From contig OZ251518.1 in the NCBI GenBank assembly GCA_965242965.1, positions 5,504,001 to 5,568,000 on the forward strand: 64,000 nt of DNA, written 5' to 3'. The notes beneath the pieces were generated by a model, which worked only from the letters and a program-made list of their open reading frames with translations, was not told the origin of the DNA and did no database searches. Of the stretch, positions 58,780 to 64,000 are shown piece after piece. A program made the position numbers and the translations under genes. The stretch comes from Candidatus Poribacteria bacterium. Its GTDB lineage: Bacteria > Poribacteria > WGA-4E > WGA-3G. Within the stretch, counting starts at the first letter, position 1. Every line of letters starts with the position of its first letter.

Positions 58780-59640
58780 GGCGGGGGCCTGTCCCCCGCC
58801 GTGCCTGTGTTGCGATGAACGTTCGCGAGGGACAGGCCCTCGCGCTACGGTGTCGAAGCAGGTTCCTTTTAACCGTAGGGCGGGGGCCTGTCCCCCGCCG
58901 TGCCTGGTGTTGCGATGAACGTTCGCGAGGGCCTGTCCCTCGCCATGCAGCTGATGAGAGATTTCTACTTGTTGGCTTTAGGTCCGTAGGACCTTAATGT
59001 CTATAGTTCCTCGCGCAGCGAAGCCTCTTAAGGTCTGTAGGACCTTAATGTGCAGCCGCACCGCGGGGCTAGTATCCTATTAAGGACCTAAAGGACCTTG
59101 AAAAGGGGCCGGCACGTGTTTCTATAGACATGCAGGACCTAAAGGACCTGAAGAGCCGTTTTTTGAAAATCGGTTTCGCCGCTGCGAGGGAGAGCATCCT
59201 GCCAATCCTAGAATCTTGTGAATCCTGATTCAGACAACGAGAGGCATCGCGAGGGCCTGTCCCTCGCCAAGCCACTGATGAGAGCTTTCTGCTGGCTGTC
59301 TTTAGGTCCGTAGGACCTTAATGTCTATAGTTCCTCGCGCAGCGAAGCCTCTTAAGGTCTGTAGGACCTTAATGTGCAGCCGCACCGCGGGGCTAGTATC
59401 CTATTAAGGACCTAAAGGACCTTGAAAAGGGGCCGGCACGTGTTTCTATAGACATGCAGGACCTAAAGGACCTGAAGAGCCGTTTTTTTTCAAAATCGGT
59501 TTCGCCGCTGCGCGGGGGAGCATCCTGCCAATCCTAGAATCTTGTGAATCCTGATTCAGACACCTAGAGGCATCGCGAGGGACAGGCCCCTGCCTGTGAT
59601 CGGGCGATCGCGAGGGACAGGCCCGCGCGCTACGGTGAAG
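58775..59640. repeat. composite repeat block including an ~325-bp tandem duplication
   Basis: 58951-59274 is nearly identical to 59275-59590. Each unit has an AGGTCC palindrome, an AATCYTG repeat and a REP. Confidence 0.88.
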
Positions 59641-59694
59641 ACGACGGTTTTTTTGACAAAAAAACGCGCAAATCTGTTAAAATCACATTTTAAT

Positions 59695-59723
59695 TTGACA
59701 AACGCGCGAAAATGTGGTATACT
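59695..59723 (+). promoter_or_regulatory. near-consensus sigma70 promoter
   Basis: TTGACA-N17-TATACT. Confidence 0.75.
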
Positions 59724-60576
59724 ATATAACAAAGACTTCCATTTTAGTGCGAAAACGAAACAAAGGATGCAAAACGTGAACACGCAACCCGTTTTTCTCA
59801 TTGCAGATACCCACATCTGCCCGAATAACGCCATTGCAGCGACGTGCCAGCCGCCCAGGCTGCGCGCACTGCTCACGTTCGCGCGTCCCGTTGACGAAAC
59901 TGCACTGAAATTGATCAGTTTACCCCCCCCCCTTACGCATACGTTAACCATTGTTACATTCAGTGGGAAGGCGAACTGGGGGAACATCTCTGCCCCGCGC
60001 CTGGGGCAAAACATCCCGGTTCTGAACGCCATCCCGATGAAATATCAACCGCGGTCGCCGCGCGCCGCTCGGCACGCGCACGCGAATCGCCACGCCTCTT
60101 GGAGTCCCAATTCGGACATCCTTCCAAGGGGCTTTTCGCGTTGCACCACCGCTTTTCATCTGTTCTCCTGTGGTAGATGCGCGTTCCAAGCACGCCGCCG
60201 TAGCCAAGGGAATTCGGTATCAGAACCCAACAGCATTGTTCCGAGGAAAATTCTATCCTCATTTTGGGTATTAAGGGGCAGGATAACCGTGGGCGCCCGC
60301 CCACGGTTACCCTGTGATTACCCTGTTTTCTCTCAGAACACTACCCTCTTCCTTCGCGACCCGGGAGAGGCATTCCAACGAACTAGTGAACAAGGCGGCA
60401 GTGCCGCCGCTGTTCTCATAAGCAATTTGAGATATGAAGTTTCCGCCGCCCCCGGGGCAGCGGATCCAAATCTATGAGGCATGACGTAACGACCCCTAGT
60501 CGGCGTGGTTTAAAACCTTGCCGATGGAACATTCTAACGCTTGCGTTAAGTCTCGCCATTTTGAAGGAGATATTTA

Positions 60577-63500
60577 ATGAAAAGGAACGCTACTTTCCCA
60601 CGTTTTCTCGTTTTGCTTTTGCTCATTGCCGGGGTTGCTGTCCTCGCGGAAACCCCGAGTGGCACTGCGAACGCTCAAATTACTATCGTGGACAACAGCA
60701 TTAAAATCTACTACGGTGATACACTCGGAGATATCATCACTGTCTCCGGGAGTAACGTTACCCTTGTCTCTACGGCGACAGAGATAACCGCCGATAATAA
60801 AGCCAACGTCCAACTGAGGGATGGGCAATACATAGTGTTCGCTGTGACGTTTAGCGTGGCACTTGAGAGAGCTGGGCTGATAGTAAGGTTTACGATTGGC
60901 GGTGCGGATCGAGAGACTGACATGGGGCCACTCCGGGAGGGCCACGCGTGGAAAAGACTCTACAATTATGGGCCTACGGAAGGTGCGAACGATTATAGGG
61001 ATAACCAGACTGACGACTCGGAATGGCAGACGCTTTACTTTCCCTATCGGGTGAAGCGAGAAGACGCGGGGGGAACGTCGTTTGCTTTTAAAACGCCTAC
61101 CCGTCCCTTTTGGGATGGCACAACTACCTACTTCGCGTATAATGCCAATGGAGAGGAACACGTTAGCACTGGCAATCCGCGTCCACTGCCCTTGTCCTAT
61201 ACAGGCACCGTTCACTGGCCCGCAAGTATCGATGCCACGTCGCCAACGTTGGCACCGCTATCGGAATCCCCGTTGCAGTATGTTGACGAGAAAGACAATC
61301 CGATAGATGCCGCACCTCGCGGTGCCCCGGGACAGCCATCCCGTTATCACCATATTCGCCAAAAGTTTCTTAACCACCATGGCACGTTTGGTCCAGATTA
61401 CATAGCCGTGACGGAGGGGCTCGTTGAGGATTCCGGCTACTCCACATCGCAGTTAGGGCAGTCCGATATTCGGAAAGCGGCTTATTGGGGAGAGGGCGAC
61501 ACGATCCGGATACAATTCAAGTTTAGTGAAAACGTGAAGGTGGACCTGAACAATAAACCGACGCTGAAGTTGGATGGGGAGGGCACTAAGGGCCGGCTGG
61601 CTACCCTCAAGGATGGCGATGGAACCGGCGATAGCGACACGCTGACGTTTGAATACACGGTGCAAGCCGGCGATGATAACTTCGGCGGCATCCATCTGTG
61701 GAGCGGCTTTGGGCATAACGTCTATCAGATTTTCCCTTGGGAGTCAGGTGGACCTGTTGAGGTTGCCAATCCTTCGTATATAACCGATGTGGCGGGCAAC
61801 AAATTTGATACGAATACGGACCTTGAAACGCCGCTCCGGGCGTATTTCGGCAACAATCCTGGCCTCTCACATTGGAATACTGAAACCGCGGTGGCAAGAG
61901 CAGCGGATACCTATAAAATCACGTTGTTCCTAGTAGACCCGATACCGCCGCGTGTGTTAATCACCGGCTTGATAAAGGGGGATACGCATACGAATGGCAG
62001 GCGCGACGATTATGTCCGTCTTCAGGAGGCTTATGACTTAGCGGATGTTACGGAAAGTGCCACACAGACAGACGCGTTTGAGGTGGAGTTCCGTTTCTTC
62101 AACAGTGAGCCGCCTGGGGCTCCCTCTCCCAACGGCTATAGGGTTAGTGCGATCGCGGAGGAAATCGGCACTAGTTTTGAACCGTCTGATGTTGAGATTA
62201 GCGGCGCGGGTGTCAATCCTGCGGATTGGGATGTAGCAGTAGCGTATATCGGCGTAGATCATCGGAAGACAGAGGATGGGGAAGCTCACAACTCCGCGTC
62301 GTTCCTCGTCTATAAAGCCACGATTACCCCGGCTCTCGGTTTTAGGGGAGATGTGGCTATCAGTTTGCCGGCGGGTGCTACTCAAGATATCGCCGGCAAC
62401 AATAGCCTCGCCTCCAACACGTTGACAGTGCCTGTGGATAACCCGTTGCGCGTGGTGGAAACGCCGGAGATTGTCGCGCCTCCCGCCGGTGCCTATACCG
62501 TCGGCGATAAAATTGAAGTTGAAGTGACGTATGACAGGCAGAATTTGCGCTACGAAGGCGATGACCCACCATATCTGACGCTGTATCTCGGCGAAGAGGT
62601 GCCGGCGAATGCACGGCATGCAACATGGCAACGCGCCGAAGATACAAATTCCACAAAGGTGACGTTTGCATACACGGTAGCGGCAAATGATGTTGCGACA
62701 TCGCTGCGCGTTGCGGAGGAGATTGGGTTAACCGTGCCGAGTGGCACGCGGCTGGTGGACGATGCAGGCAGCCAATTATCGGGCACCGGTGAATCGGCGA
62801 AAGGTTCCGGCGAAGGTCTGAAGAAGCTGCCAACTGAGGCGCAGCCGCTGCCTTTGGAAGATACGTCTGGCCGTGAGGTTTCGCCAGTAGTTTCGGAGAC
62901 ACCGGTGGTGCCGTATATCCCGATTATCGAGGAGTCTGACCCGAAGGCGGCCGCCACAAATGTCCCGCGCAGTCCCGTTGTCTTCAACGAACTCGGCAAC
63001 GGTAGCGGCGATGCTGATGACTGGTTGGAACTCCGCAATGTCACCGGTGATGCAGTCTCGTTAAAAGACTGGGAACTCAGCATCGTGCAAGATGGGAAAA
63101 AGGAAGATACCTCCCTGATTGCTTTTGTAGAAGATGTGAGTGTGCCGGCGAATGGGCTGCTGTTGATAACGAACAGCGATCCGACAGCGAAAGGCAATGT
63201 GCTTGCAGGCGGTGATAACGTCGCGACTGCCGAAGTTGAGACGAAAGGTTCTTCGCATCTCTATCTCGTCAAATCGGAGTTGTCCCTGCCAGATGATGGC
63301 AAATTCCTCTTGATTCTCCGGAACGCCAAGGAGAAACTCGGCTTGAACGAGGCGTTCGTCGATGTCGCCGGTGGCGGCGGCAGTGACACGGATGCGTTTG
63401 TCCGCGAGCAGACAGGCGACTACGATACGCATGTCTGGCCCTTGCAAGTGCTGCAGGCACCCGGTGGTGATACCGAAGATGCCCTCGGCTCTGGCAAAGT

Positions 63501-64000
63501 CTGGCAGCGCGCGAATGCAGGCGTTGTCGGGTATCATAAAGATGCCTGGGCAGAAGCCGCCTTTACAGGAATTGGCTATGATAGGAAGGTTTCCCAGTCT
63601 GCTGCCACTGCCGGCACGCCGGGATATCCGAATGGTGCGGCAAAAGAAACCGTCCCCAAAGGGAATGTCACCTTCAGCGAAATCATGGTGGATTCTGCCG
63701 GCGGCACACTGCCTCAGTGGATAGAGCTCTATAACGCGTCTAAGACAGATGCCGTGAATCTCAACCGCTGGAAGTTGGAGATTCAGAATGTGGATTCTGA
63801 AGATTTAATCGGCCGCCCGATTGTCACATTGACGTTAGGAGAGAAACTGATTCAGCCGAATCAGACGGTGCTCATCGTGGCGGGTCCGGCGCGGGCATCG
63901 TCAGGTTCGTATCTACCGGCGGATAGAGTTTACGATCTGCTCGCATTGCACGAGAAGAATCTGCGCATCAAGCGTGCGCGCGATACCTTCTTGAGTACCG
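60577..64000 (+). CDS. large secreted/surface protein with Ig-like and lamin-tail domains (runs off the window)
   Basis: AAGGAG RBS, signal peptide MKRNATFPRFLVLLLLIAGVAVLA, LTFEYTVQAGD. LTD-like VVFNELGN...DWLELRN and VTFSEIMV...QWIELYN. No stop before 64000. Confidence 0.85.
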   Translation, partial: MKRNATFPRFLVLLLLIAGVAVLAETPSGTANAQITIVDNSIKIYYGDTLGDIITVSGSNVTLVSTATEITADNKANVQLRDGQYIVFAVTFSVALERAGLIVRFTIGGADRETDMGPLREGHAWKRLYNYGPTEGANDYRDNQTDDSEWQTLYFPYRVKREDAGGTSFAFKTPTRPFWDGTTTYFAYNANGEEHVSTGNPRPLPLSYTGTVHWPASIDATSPTLAPLSESPLQYVDEKDNPIDAAPRGAPGQPSRYHHIRQKFLNHHGTFGPDYIAVTEGLVEDSGYSTSQLGQSDIRKAAYWGEGDTIRIQFKFSENVKVDLNNKPTLKLDGEGTKGRLATLKDGDGTGDSDTLTFEYTVQAGDDNFGGIHLWSGFGHNVYQIFPWESGGPVEVANPSYITDVAGNKFDTNTDLETPLRAYFGNNPGLSHWNTETAVARAADTYKITLFLVDPIPPRVLITGLIKGDTHTNGRRDDYVRLQEAYDLADVTESATQTDAFEVEFRFFNSEPPGAPSPNGYRVSAIAEEIGTSFEPSDVEISGAGVNPADWDVAVAYIGVDHRKTEDGEAHNSASFLVYKATITPALGFRGDVAISLPAGATQDIAGNNSLASNTLTVPVDNPLRVVETPEIVAPPAGAYTVGDKIEVEVTYDRQNLRYEGDDPPYLTLYLGEEVPANARHATWQRAEDTNSTKVTFAYTVAANDVATSLRVAEEIGLTVPSGTRLVDDAGSQLSGTGESAKGSGEGLKKLPTEAQPLPLEDTSGREVSPVVSETPVVPYIPIIEESDPKAAATNVPRSPVVFNELGNGSGDADDWLELRNVTGDAVSLKDWELSIVQDGKKEDTSLIAFVEDVSVPANGLLLITNSDPTAKGNVLAGGDNVATAEVETKGSSHLYLVKSELSLPDDGKFLLILRNAKEKLGLNEAFVDVAGGGGSDTDAFVREQTGDYDTHVWPLQVLQAPGGDTEDALGSGKVWQRANAGVVGYHKDAWAEAAFTGIGYDRKVSQSAATAGTPGYPNGAAKETVPKGNVTFSEIMVDSAGGTLPQWIELYNASKTDAVNLNRWKLEIQNVDSEDLIGRPIVTLTLGEKLIQPNQTVLIVAGPARASSGSYLPADRVYDLLALHEKNLRIKRARDTFLST

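Noticed and set aside
59968-59996. Short resemblance to the 23S rRNA 5' region (AGGCGAAC.GGGGGAA...CATCT)
   Set aside because: The match is under 30 nt and gapped, with no other rRNA-like sequence around it.
59596-60477. 293-aa ORF upstream of the surface protein
   Set aside because: It starts inside a REP, runs across the promoter, and has no RBS or protein-like composition.

Overview
Bacterial chromosomal window, moderately GC-rich. It is most consistent with Candidatus Poribacteria, an inference from the gene repertoire (PhyH dioxygenase, CRTAC1/ASPIC-UnbV plus TPR, lamin-tail-domain surface protein, secreted protein ending in VEP..LTTTWGELK). Housekeeping genes are pepA, leuA, aroF, tyrS, groEL, nagA, korAB, thiN, aroQ and an Fe3+ ABC transporter. 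These are interleaved with defence genes: a GmrSD-type nuclease, two Type IIG-like R-M enzymes, an AAA_21+DUF4276 pair, an Rpn-family nuclease and two decayed toxin-antitoxin loci. Intergenic space is packed with GTAG-footed REP-like hairpins, a TIR-bounded MITE with target duplications, and two other repeat families. Main observations: (1) an Rpn nuclease with an internal RBS+ATG for its C-terminal module, followed by two extra divergent stand-alone copies of that module; (2) a MITE that repeatedly lands at transcription start sites; (3) REP hairpins translated in frame inside proteins and supplying stop codons; (4) a Tyr/Phe/Trp leader-peptide attenuator upstream of DAHP synthase; (5) a G9 tract that frameshifts a Type IIG R-M gene; (6) a Fur-boxed ceruloplasmin-like oxidase next to an FbpA/FbpB iron transporter; (7) an ~850-nt structured leader before a giant surface protein. 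No rRNA, tRNA, CRISPR array or transposase was recognised. All family calls come from motif recognition by eye, with no database search.
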